Source of the DNA: a virus
Lineage: Duplodnaviria > Caudoviricetes
Length of the DNA stretch: 45,952 nt
Strand: one strand, 5' to 3'
Virus record (IMG/VR): IMGVR_UViG_3300049139_000096
Coordinates: 1-45,952 of that record
The notes below the pieces were generated by a model that worked only from the letters and a program-made list of their open reading frames with translations, was not told the DNA's origin and made no database searches. The position numbers and the translations under genes were made by a program. Position 1 is the first letter of the stretch; each line of letters opens with the position of its first letter. Positions 16,212 through 24,290 of the stretch are shown here, piece by piece.

Positions 16212-18811
16212 TTCAGTATCTTCCATTTTACAACAGATGTGTCGGTTCCGCTTGTAGATGTTATAGTGAAGCTCGTTCGATCTGTTATATTTCCGACACC
16301 GAGAGCCCCTGGTGCCCCTCCCGCCGTTATGCGATTTATGGTGATAGAACTGATGTATGAGGGACGAGACGAAACAGAAAACAACTGCCCCATGTATTTG
16401 CGGACTGCCGTGGTTGCTATCGTAGCTGTGCCGCCCACAAGCGTCACGTACCCCTCTGTTTCGTTTCCGGCCAAGCCATCCGTTGTTCTACAATTGGATA
16501 CTTGAGGCGCGACAGGTGCGGCTACTAATCCTTGATTGGAGCCTGCGCCTTTTAGGAATGGGAATTCATACCCCCGAATGTCGCAGTCTTCGAAAATAAG
16601 ATAGCGAAAATCAAATTCTGGCTCTGCCGCAGCGAGAACAAGCGTATCTTGCAATCCCGCAGAATACGGGGCGAAAAGACCGCGAAAAACGGCTCTCGCT
16701 GGTGTTATCCCTGCCACGATATCGCCGTTACTGCCAAACGCGGTAGCGTACCCTAGTGTGTCTTCAATGCGAACATTACTAAATTCACCGCCTCTATGGA
16801 CAAGACCAGTCCGACCGTTAGTCCCTGCTTTACCGTTTCGCTTGAGTACCGCGCCATCAACTTTCACTGGCCTATTGAACGTCATCCCGGTACGTTTGCA
16901 GTCCAGCGCTGCGAAGTTACGAACAACGAAATCAGCCGCCCCGTCGTAGCCCGCCAGTCCGTCCAAGCTGGAACCGATTGCCGTACAGCCTTCGACAAGA
17001 ACGCCTCTTGACCTCACTTGAAACCCTCTGTCCGTATCGTACCTAGAAATACAATTGCGAAAAATTGTTCTGTCGCCATATTCGTGAGTGTCAAAACCCG
17101 AAAGCGTACTGCACTCCGAAACAACTGCATCTACCAAGGTGTCAAACGGCTCTCCGAAATCACCGCCATTTACCAACGATATCGTATGCCTCGACCGGGA
17201 CGAAAAGCCTCTGGCAATCCTATTCCGTGACGAGGCACCATCTATCGACACCCCGTAATAGCCGATTTGACGCAGAGTGAAATCTTCAATTACGCCATCA
17301 ATGCTGTCTTCTAGAAGGATGCCGCCACGACTACTATCGTCAGCGGCACCTATGGCTCTTGTGTTCTCTACAACCACGCCAAACATGCTAAAATCTCTCA
17401 CGTATTTGGCATGAGCGCCCCGGCCGCCTACCGCAGCCAAGCCTTGTTCCCCCCACTTAAAGTTTTCGATTTGCACTCCCGTTTTTAAGAACCCTACGCC
17501 GATTTCTGCCGAAGCCGAAACAAGATAGTCATATTCAAGCGGTGTATCGAGGTATAGTAACGTGCCTGTCTTGCCGACGACCTTGCACCACTGTCCGCAC
17601 TTCTTTTGTGGTTCAAGTGTCAAGTTAAAGCCTGCAATTGGCAAAAGGGTTTGTGACCTTAAAAATACATCTTGACCAACTGAGAACGCCGCTGTGCTCG
17701 CAAGCTGCACAGTTATAGAGGACTTGGCCGCGTCAGCCGTAAGAGCAACATAAGAAGCCGGGCGTGCGCCCTCTATCATTAAGCCAGCTGCTCCTGTAAC
17801 TGTCGGCACAAGGCGAGCATCGCCGTCAAATACGACCCTAACGCGGCTAGGAACGTCTACCTTTGCAGACAGCCCGTAGTTGTCGCCGCCGCGAATTATC
17901 ACTTCTCGACGACCTTTGCGCTCATTTGCACCTGCCGCGTTTAACGCAGCTTGAAGCGCTGTGCGAATATCTGCGCCAGTCGCGGCAATACTCGATGTTG
18001 TGATGTTCTGCTCCAGAACCTTTCTGATAATCTGAGGCGATGACAAGCCCGTATCCGCACTAGGTAGGAATGTGTCATCAACATCCATCCCGGCTACTGT
18101 CTTGAAGACCAGTGCCGAACCTTCTTTCCGATACCGCGTACGAGCGCCCCCTTGACTTTCATCGTTGAAAACCTCGACAATCTGGTTGACGGGCAAGGCC
18201 GCTACGGCTGCATTGGCGAGCGCCTTCGTGTCGTAGAAGACAACGGCTCCTGACGCTTCCGAAGCCTGTCTCGCCGTGAGAGCAGATACCGCCGCCGCAC
18301 CTTCGGAGACAAGGGCTCCAGCCGCGCTGTCCGCTGCGTCAGCGGCGTAAGTGATTGTGCTGTTAACGAAGGCCGCTGCTGTCTCGACGTTAGCGACTGC
18401 ACCAGCGACCGTCGTCACATCGGCTGCAATGCCCGCGACTGTCGACACACTCAAAGGGATAGTCGCAACAAGAGAAACATCATCCGCAATGGCGGCAAGC
18501 GTGTTGACGGACGCAATGTTGTCAGCCGTCGTGATTATCGCATCGATATTGTCAGAGACGGTCGACAAGTAAGTGCTGGACCCGAGGATGGCCTTCACCG
18601 CGGGGGCTAGGCTGTCGACAGTGACGATCCCGTTCTTCAGCTTGCCGTCGGATCGACGCACATCCTTGATGGCATCGACGATCTGGCTGACGGACGTCTG
18701 CAGGTTCGCCATGTCCTGGTCGACACGGTTGCCGGGCAGGGGCTTGGTGGGATTGCTGGACTGCCAGTTCGTGTACGAGTAGCCAGGCGTAAATTTCTGC
18801 GGATCGGCCAT
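16208..18811 (-). CDS. tailspike/receptor-binding protein with parallel beta-helix (putative depolymerase)
   Basis: N-terminal virion-attachment-like region, Ala/Val/Thr repeats, ALQAALNAA beta-helix cap, pectate-lyase-like repeats (GFDTHE, GFQVRS). Confidence 0.8.
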   Translation of the reverse strand: MADPQKFTPGYSYTNWQSSNPTKPLPGNRVDQDMANLQTSVSQIVDAIKDVRRSDGKLKNGIVTVDSLAPAVKAILGSSTYLSTVSDNIDAIITTADNIASVNTLAAIADDVSLVATIPLSVSTVAGIAADVTTVAGAVANVETAAAFVNSTITYAADAADSAAGALVSEGAAAVSALTARQASEASGAVVFYDTKALANAAVAALPVNQIVEVFNDESQGGARTRYRKEGSALVFKTVAGMDVDDTFLPSADTGLSSPQIIRKVLEQNITTSSIAATGADIRTALQAALNAAGANERKGRREVIIRGGDNYGLSAKVDVPSRVRVVFDGDARLVPTVTGAAGLMIEGARPASYVALTADAAKSSITVQLASTAAFSVGQDVFLRSQTLLPIAGFNLTLEPQKKCGQWCKVVGKTGTLLYLDTPLEYDYLVSASAEIGVGFLKTGVQIENFKWGEQGLAAVGGRGAHAKYVRDFSMFGVVVENTRAIGAADDSSRGGILLEDSIDGVIEDFTLRQIGYYGVSIDGASSRNRIARGFSSRSRHTISLVNGGDFGEPFDTLVDAVVSECSTLSGFDTHEYGDRTIFRNCISRYDTDRGFQVRSRGVLVEGCTAIGSSLDGLAGYDGAADFVVRNFAALDCKRTGMTFNRPVKVDGAVLKRNGKAGTNGRTGLVHRGGEFSNVRIEDTLGYATAFGSNGDIVAGITPARAVFRGLFAPYSAGLQDTLVLAAAEPEFDFRYLIFEDCDIRGYEFPFLKGAGSNQGLVAAPVAPQVSNCRTTDGLAGNETEGYVTLVGGTATIATTAVRKYMGQLFSVSSRPSYISSITINRITAGGAPGALGVGNITDRTSFTITSTSGTDTSVVKWKILN

Positions 18812-18882
18812 GCGGGATCTCCGTCGGGATTGTCGGCAGACAATACCCGACGGAACCTACAAACGCAACAAACCGGCCGCTT

Positions 18883-19560
18883 CTACGGGGTCCGGAAGAA
18901 GTTGTCGTTTGGTCGGCGCGGTTTCTCCATTAGGTCGTGCGCCTTTTTGTAAAATTCTTCTTCCTGGTTATAGAGGAACGGGCTTCGGAACACGGGCGGT
19001 TCGGCCATCTTCTCGGCGTCGAACTCCGTTTCCTCCAGCAGGGCCAACGCCCGTTCGCGCGTGGCGATTGCACGCTCGAGAGCAGTGACCGCGTTGCCGG
19101 CGTCCCGCAGCTTCTGGTCGAACATCGCCAGGATCACAGTCGCGCCCTTGCCCTTCACCCGCTTGCGTAGATCGATTGTGCGCAATTCGAATTTCCGGGC
19201 CTCGTCGATGCTGCGCTTTGCCGTGGCGATATCGCTGTTCAGTTCCTTGCGGATCTCGCCGACCAGGTTCTTGTACTTGGCCTGCTCGTCGGCGATGAAG
19301 CGATCCACAATGGACGCGATAACAGACATGGCCTGCGCGTCGGCATTGTCGGGCTCCGTATCCAGCGTGCCATCGCGGTCGTACCGCTCACGGCGGCTGT
19401 CGTCGGTCAGGACACGATGGGCGCGCTCGATCGCATAGAACTGTTCCGGCGAGCCGCCCGCGTCAGGATGGGCGTCCTTCGCTGCGCGACGGAAGGCGGC
19501 TTTTATCGCGGCCTTCGTGGCGTCCTTGGCGACGCCGAGTTGAGCGTACAAATCAGCCAT
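18883..19560 (-). CDS. J-domain (DnaJ-type) co-chaperone
   Basis: DLYAQLGV...IKAAFRRAAKDAHPD...VLTDDSRRERYD with intact HPD; coiled-coil C-terminus. Confidence 0.9.
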   Translation of the reverse strand: MADLYAQLGVAKDATKAAIKAAFRRAAKDAHPDAGGSPEQFYAIERAHRVLTDDSRRERYDRDGTLDTEPDNADAQAMSVIASIVDRFIADEQAKYKNLVGEIRKELNSDIATAKRSIDEARKFELRTIDLRKRVKGKGATVILAMFDQKLRDAGNAVTALERAIATRERALALLEETEFDAEKMAEPPVFRSPFLYNQEEEFYKKAHDLMEKPRRPNDNFFRTP

Positions 19561-19822
19561 CGATGATGATCTCCTTCTTCTCGAAATGCGCGCAGAAGAA
19601 ATCCGCTCGTGTCAGCAGCCGGGCCGCATATCCGGACCCGTCAGCGACGAACATCTTAACGTCCTCGAAGCCTTCCTTGGCGACACGGTCGCTGTCGTCA
19701 TTCCACTCGGTGGCCTCCCAAATCTCGATCGCACGGCTGCACACCCGAGCGGCGAGGATCGCACCGTCACCGTAATCTTGAGCAGTTTCGGCCCAATACT
19801 TGCATTCGTCGCAGCGCATCAT
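19553..19822 (-). CDS. hypothetical Cys-rich protein
   Basis: RCDECKYW...FFCAHF; AGGAGG RBS. Confidence 0.65.
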   Translation of the reverse strand: MMRCDECKYWAETAQDYGDGAILAARVCSRAIEIWEATEWNDDSDRVAKEGFEDVKMFVADGSGYAARLLTRADFFCAHFEKKEIIIDG

Positions 19823-20031
19823 TTCCTCCTGGCGACCAGCGGCTTTCCTGCCGTCCAGTCTACTGTCTTGAGTTCGGTTTTCGTCGGGCGGTAGTACAGC
19901 CTCGCCCGGCAGTCGACGCAGAATGTTCTGGCAGGCACGGACTTCGCGCCGCAGACCAGCATGTCAGGCCCGGGGAGGCCGTCCATCGGTGTGCGGCAAT
20001 CCCCGGGGAGCGTGTCCACGAAACGTATCAT
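19819..20031 (-). CDS. GcrA C-terminal-domain-like protein
   Basis: CRTPM.G.P.PD..VCGA......FC..C.A..Y matches the GcrA C-terminal pattern CRWP.GDP...F.FCG.....YC..H...AY. Confidence 0.65.
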   Translation of the reverse strand: MIRFVDTLPGDCRTPMDGLPGPDMLVCGAKSVPARTFCVDCRARLYYRPTKTELKTVDWTAGKPLVARRK

Positions 20032-20219
20032 TCGCCCCGCCGATCAAAATGCTCGTTAAGTGCGGTAGCGATGACATGGGCCATCGCTTTTCGCATCTTA
20101 CGGTCGACGACGATCCCGTCCTTGTCAGCGTCAAGATGGGCCGAATTTGATGTAACGCAGCAAGGTCTGCCATCAGCGAAACGAACGGCCATTCCTTCGG
20201 CGTAGAACTTCTTGCTCAT
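20028..20219 (-). CDS. hypothetical protein
   Basis: MSKKFYAEG...; ATGA overlaps. Confidence 0.55.
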   Translation of the reverse strand: MSKKFYAEGMAVRFADGRPCCVTSNSAHLDADKDGIVVDRKMRKAMAHVIATALNEHFDRRGE

Positions 20220-20389
20220 GCCGGGCGTCCCTTCTTTAGCGCTGTTGACCAAAGGTCAAGAAACCGAGCGAAATGGGCAGATCCATGCTCATCGGCACCC
20301 GCTCTATAGGCCGCTTCCGCGCGGATGCGCGCATCGTTAATAAGCAAAGGCAAAGCGTCAACCACACTGCTCGAAGCGTTCTGCTGCAT
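20216..20389 (-). CDS. hypothetical protein
   Basis: MQQNASS...; preceded by AAGGAACACCGAC-ATG. Confidence 0.6.
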   Translation of the reverse strand: MQQNASSSVVDALPLLINDARIRAEAAYRAGADEHGSAHFARFLDLWSTALKKGRPA

Positions 20390-20402
20390 GTCGGTGTTCC
20401 TT

Positions 20403-20466
20403 CTGTCGGTCGATTTGTCGGTTGTCGTTGTTGACAATGACATACATCTGACATACAAAACTGACA
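20403..20466. promoter_or_regulatory. divergent early promoter region
   Basis: TTGACA (20431)-N17-TACAAA (20454); TGACATACA direct repeats at 20438 and 20449. Confidence 0.6.
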
Positions 20467-20666
20467 TTGGCAAGCCCATCTTGTGGCGAGCAGGAAACAA
20501 AACCGGGGAGGATGTCATGTAGATCGCAGCGCGAGGCGCGCATCCGGTGAATGTGAACGAGAACGTCTTGAAAACTTAGAACTCCTTCGGGGCCGTCGCT
20601 TTCAACGCCGCGGCGCTTAAACGATCCAGCTTAGAGGGACGCCCGAAACGGATTGGAGAACTGCTC

Positions 20667-20888
20667 ATGGCCCCAGGGCCGAACACCACGATAACCACCA
20701 TGCGGATGCCGAAAGCGCTCATGAAGATGATCGACCGGCGCGCCGCCAAGCTGGCGATATCCCGAACCCGGTTCGTCGAATGGGTGCTGCGCGACTACTG
20801 CGCAAAGTCCGACGCGGAGATACGCGACATCGTCACAGCGCCAGCCAAGGAGATACCCGAAGATGGGCAAATCGATCTCTTTGGATGA
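20667..20888 (+). CDS. ribbon-helix-helix (CopG/Arc-like) regulator
   Basis: TITTMRMPKALMKMIDRRAAKLAISRTRFVEWVL; GGAG RBS. Confidence 0.75.
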   Translation: MAPGPNTTITTMRMPKALMKMIDRRAAKLAISRTRFVEWVLRDYCAKSDAEIRDIVTAPAKEIPEDGQIDLFG

Positions 20889-21099
20889 CGTCCGGGCTGG
20901 CAACCCCGAGCTCTCTTTCAGCCTGTACGCCTACGCGGGCTCCCAGGTCACGCTCGAGGTCATCACGCCGGACGAACAGATCTTCCGTTTCGACGGCCCC
21001 ACCGAGGCTGCCGTTCTGGCCGAAGCATTCCCGGTTCCCGACGACCCTGTTGTCGAAGAAGCGGAACGACATGAACCGACACCCAACATCTTCGACTGA
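20863..21099 (+). CDS. hypothetical protein
   Basis: AGGAG RBS; compact operon. Confidence 0.6.
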   Translation: MGKSISLDDVRAGNPELSFSLYAYAGSQVTLEVITPDEQIFRFDGPTEAAVLAEAFPVPDDPVVEEAERHEPTPNIFD

Positions 21100-21112
21100 A
21101 AGGAACACCGAC

Positions 21113-21355
21113 ATGTTTTTCAAACAGCCTGACATTGAGGAACAAAAACGTCAGATCCTCAAAGCTGCGGAAGCCTTCCTCGGCGACCGTGAACGCACGG
21201 TCGAACAAGATCGCAAGACGCTTCGTGCTCAGTGGGCGCGACTGAATGAATGCCTCAACTTCGTATCGGCTACGCTCACCGATGCCGGACACCCGAAGAC
21301 GGCAGAGATGATTGTGCAGAAGGTCAAGGGTACGTGGTCGGAGGGCGAACGATGA
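21113..21355 (+). CDS. hypothetical protein
   Basis: MFFKQPD...; AAGGAACACCGAC-ATG. Confidence 0.65.
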   Translation: MFFKQPDIEEQKRQILKAAEAFLGDRERTVEQDRKTLRAQWARLNECLNFVSATLTDAGHPKTAEMIVQKVKGTWSEGER

Positions 21356-21618
21356 ACGTTTGCAAAGATTGCAAATATCATCGCGGATTGCCTTTGGCCG
21401 CTGCTCACATTGGGCCGGTGTTCGCCGCGCGTTTCCCTCTGTGCGTCCATCCATCACGCAAGACGCCCGACCCGGTCTACGGCACTCGCGAGAACAACCG
21501 GAACTGCCAAGAGGCTCGCACTGACGAGAAAGACTGCGGTCCGGCCGGTCACATGTACGAACCGTCTCTGCGCCACAAGATCGCCAACGCCCTGTTCGGG
21601 AGCAAAGCCGATGTCTGA
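21352..21618 (+). CDS. hypothetical Cys-rich protein
   Basis: MNVCKDCKYH...; ATGA overlap. Confidence 0.6.
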   Translation: MNVCKDCKYHRGLPLAAAHIGPVFAARFPLCVHPSRKTPDPVYGTRENNRNCQEARTDEKDCGPAGHMYEPSLRHKIANALFGSKADV

Positions 21619-21895
21619 ACGGATATCCTGCGACGCCTACCACTTCACCGACGGCGCGTGCTGCAAGCCCGACGAGCCATGCACGTTCCAATCCCGAAAG
21701 ATCCACATCACGCCCATGATCGACCAGCCCTCCGGCATGGCGGTTCGGCCACTGTGGCAGGCCGCATTCGTGCTGGTCGTGATGACCGTGCTCGGCGCCG
21801 GTCTGGTCATGCAGGAACGCGCCGACGAGCGCCGTGCGATCGATAACCAGGAGAGCATTGCTTGGTTCAAGCTGGACAGGGAGATGAGACGATGA
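21611..21895 (+). CDS. hypothetical membrane protein
   Basis: MSERISC...; one TM segment LWQAAFVLVVMTVLGAGLV. Confidence 0.55.
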   Translation: MSERISCDAYHFTDGACCKPDEPCTFQSRKIHITPMIDQPSGMAVRPLWQAAFVLVVMTVLGAGLVMQERADERRAIDNQESIAWFKLDREMRR

Positions 21896-22233
21896 GCACT
21901 GAACATGAACGCATATGGCTTGAGCCCGTACCGGGTGCCGACAAAGATTACGGGCGCCAATGGTGTCAGCAACCAGTATGGGCCGACGGCGTAGAGTACG
22001 TCCGCGCTGATATCGCTCTCAGCACCCCCGCGCCCGTGTCGAATTTGCGGGGTCTCACCAACGCGGAACGCCTTGAAGATTTGCGCCTCGCGGCGAAGGC
22101 TATCCGCACATACATGCCGGAAACCCTGCCCGCCGGCGAAGACGGCAAGATCCACTTTGCCCGCGCTCTAGCCGAAGCTTCCGCCGATGCAATCGAGGCA
22201 GTGCTCGCCACCACGGAGGGCTCGGCAGAATGA
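21892..22233 (+). CDS. hypothetical protein
   Basis: MSTEHERIWL...VEYVRAD, a common phage small-ORF motif. Confidence 0.6.
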   Translation: MSTEHERIWLEPVPGADKDYGRQWCQQPVWADGVEYVRADIALSTPAPVSNLRGLTNAERLEDLRLAAKAIRTYMPETLPAGEDGKIHFARALAEASADAIEAVLATTEGSAE

Positions 22234-22733
22234 GCATCGTTCGCGACAACCTCATGACCCGCAAGGGGTACACGCCTTACTGCGGCAACGAGCACTGCCG
22301 GTTCAACATGCCGCGCACTCGCTACATCGGTGGTCAGTTCCAGTGCAGTTGTGGATGGCGTTCTTCTTTCGAGGCGGAGTTCATCACCACCTACGAGGCG
22401 AAGTGGGCCGACCCCGCGCCCCAACCGAATTTGGTGGGGAGTGACGCCTTGCGCGACGTGGCCGCAGAGCGCCGCCGCCAGATCGAGGCGGAAGGCTGGA
22501 CGCAGGAACATGACGACGGGCACAATCGCGGAGAACTTGTCCGCGCGGCGACTGCCTACGCTCTTGAAGCAGAGCAAAGACCTGTTGGCTTCGGTCGGAT
22601 TTGGCCGTGGCGGCGTGAGTTCTGGAAACCGACCAACAAACGTCGAAACCTTGTGAAAGCCGCCGCCCTTATCATTGCTGAGATCGAACGCCTTGACCGC
22701 GCCGGAAGTCGCGCAACGGGGGAACCCCTATGA
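22230..22733 (+). CDS. hypothetical phage protein (conserved 'AERRRQ...EGW..EHDD' domain)
   Basis: DVAAERRRQIEAEGWTQEHDD...WPW...RRNLVKAAALIIAEIERLDR. Confidence 0.75.
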   Translation: MSIVRDNLMTRKGYTPYCGNEHCRFNMPRTRYIGGQFQCSCGWRSSFEAEFITTYEAKWADPAPQPNLVGSDALRDVAAERRRQIEAEGWTQEHDDGHNRGELVRAATAYALEAEQRPVGFGRIWPWRREFWKPTNKRRNLVKAAALIIAEIERLDRAGSRATGEPL

Positions 22734-23032
22734 GCTACGCCAGCGAACAGGGTGTTTTGAACGCTCAATTCAACACGGAAACCATGCGCTGCCTCCCCCA
22801 CGTCCTGATGCGACCAACGCTGATACAAGACGGAGCCGCATGGCTTGCAATCTACGGAGACTTGCCGACGGGCGTTGTCGGTTCCGGAGATACACCAGCG
22901 GCGGCAATGGCCGATTTTGATGAAGCATGGAACCGCAAGGCCGTAGCGCCGCCGGGATACGGCTTCAAGCGTCCAGAAGGACAGTCGCCTAACGGCACCC
23001 CATCACCCCAGACGAGGGAGGAAACCCCGTGA
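22730..23032 (+). CDS. hypothetical protein
   Basis: GVVGSGDTPAAAMADFD; coupled start. Confidence 0.6.
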   Translation: MSYASEQGVLNAQFNTETMRCLPHVLMRPTLIQDGAAWLAIYGDLPTGVVGSGDTPAAAMADFDEAWNRKAVAPPGYGFKRPEGQSPNGTPSPQTREETP

Positions 23033-23286
23033 CGACCGTAACCACTACGATGGTGCGGACGATACGCCAGCGCCGCGCCAACAAAGAAACCTGCAAAGCC
23101 ATCGGTGCCGATCTCGGTCTGCACGAACACACCGTCTGGAAATACGCCAACGACAAGAACCTGGCCGCTGCCAACGCCGCGTATCAACGGCACTGGCAAC
23201 GCGCCAAGGCCGATCCGGAAAAGATGGAACGCCGCCGGGAAGCGATGCGTCGCTTTGAAGCGAAGAACCCAGGCAGAGTGAAATGA
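23029..23286 (+). CDS. HTH domain protein
   Basis: CKAIGADLGLHEHTVWKY; GGAGG RBS; GTG start. Confidence 0.6.
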   Translation: MTTVTTTMVRTIRQRRANKETCKAIGADLGLHEHTVWKYANDKNLAAANAAYQRHWQRAKADPEKMERRREAMRRFEAKNPGRVK

Positions 23287-23567
23287 GCAGACCAACAACC
23301 ATAACGACAACAATGGTACGGCAGATGACCGAGCTTCGTGAGCTCGGCGTCCCGGTCGCCCGCATCGCCCGCAAGTTCGGGGTGAACGACGAGACAGTCC
23401 GGCGCCACACGTCGGGCGAAGATCAGGCCAAGATCCTGGAAGGCCAGCAACGCCGTTATGCGAAGTACCGCGCGGACCCGGAGATCATGGAACGCCGCCG
23501 CAACGCCGCCCGCGAAAATGCGAAGCGCAAGAAGGCACAACGGCAAGCCGAACGGTCTGGCTTGTAG
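23283..23567 (+). CDS. HTH domain protein (paralog of the upstream gene)
   Basis: PVARIARKFGVNDETVRRH; shares TTTMVR and ADPE.MERRR with the upstream ORF. Confidence 0.65.
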   Translation: MSRPTTITTTMVRQMTELRELGVPVARIARKFGVNDETVRRHTSGEDQAKILEGQQRRYAKYRADPEIMERRRNAARENAKRKKAQRQAERSGL

Positions 23568-23720
23568 GATTTCGCTTCCCACAACGCCGGACATTGGAAT
23601 ACAGTGCCGTTCCCCCGAATGAAAAAGGCGGCGGCCATTGCTGACCACCGCCTCACCGACATGCACCCTTCACCGACTGAAAGGACCAACTCATGAAACA
23701 AGCTCACAAGGTGATAACCA

Positions 23721-24290
23721 ATGTCTAACAGATCAGATAACCCCCCGCAACACAAAGCGGGTGAAAACGCAACATCTAGTATCCGTGCTATCGAAACAAC
23801 GTATCGCGGCTACAAGTTCCGATCCCGTCTCGAAGCCCGATGGGCGGTGTTCCTCGATCACATGCGCCACGACTGGACCTATGAACCCGAAGGCTTCCAG
23901 CTGCCGTCAGTGTGGTATCTGCCCGACTTTCACCTGACGAAGATGGATGTCTTCATCGAGATCAAACCGAGCGAGCCGACTGAACGCGAGAAGCAAATTG
24001 CGCGTGAGATGACCGAAGGCGGCAGGAATTACGTGTTGTTTTACGGGTCGGATCCAGGCTCCGTCTTCTCGGGCTGGACATGGCCTAAGAACACAGCGCA
24101 CGGATTACCGAACCAGTGGGACTGGACCGGCTTTGAGCATCCCGGCATGTGGCTTCCAGATCTGAGGCGAATAGGCCCTGGCTTGCTAGTGTTCCTCGGA
24201 ACGTTGTGCTGGAAACAGCAGATCACTCATCGCGCCTGTGAAGCTGCGCGTCAGGCTCGCTTCGAGCACGGTCAGTCAGGTGCGGCATGA
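23721..24290 (+). CDS. PD-(D/E)XK nuclease-family protein
   Basis: YRGYKFRSRLEARWAVFLD...YEPEGF...YLPDF...FIEIKP. Confidence 0.8.
   Translation: MSNRSDNPPQHKAGENATSSIRAIETTYRGYKFRSRLEARWAVFLDHMRHDWTYEPEGFQLPSVWYLPDFHLTKMDVFIEIKPSEPTEREKQIAREMTEGGRNYVLFYGSDPGSVFSGWTWPKNTAHGLPNQWDWTGFEHPGMWLPDLRRIGPGLLVFLGTLCWKQQITHRACEAARQARFEHGQSGAA

Noticed and set aside
16208-18811. Diversity-generating retroelement or invertase shufflon acting on the tailspike
   Set aside because: No reverse transcriptase, template repeat, invertase or flanking inverted repeats seen
20540-20625. tmRNA or hammerhead ribozyme
   Set aside because: No tRNA-like acceptor/T arm or open ANDN..AA tag frame, and no CUGANGA core; kept only as a generic structured leader
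23693-23728. 11-aa ORF MKQAHKVITNV with an AAAGGA RBS
   Set aside because: Too short to support without conservation data; may only couple translation to the nuclease gene
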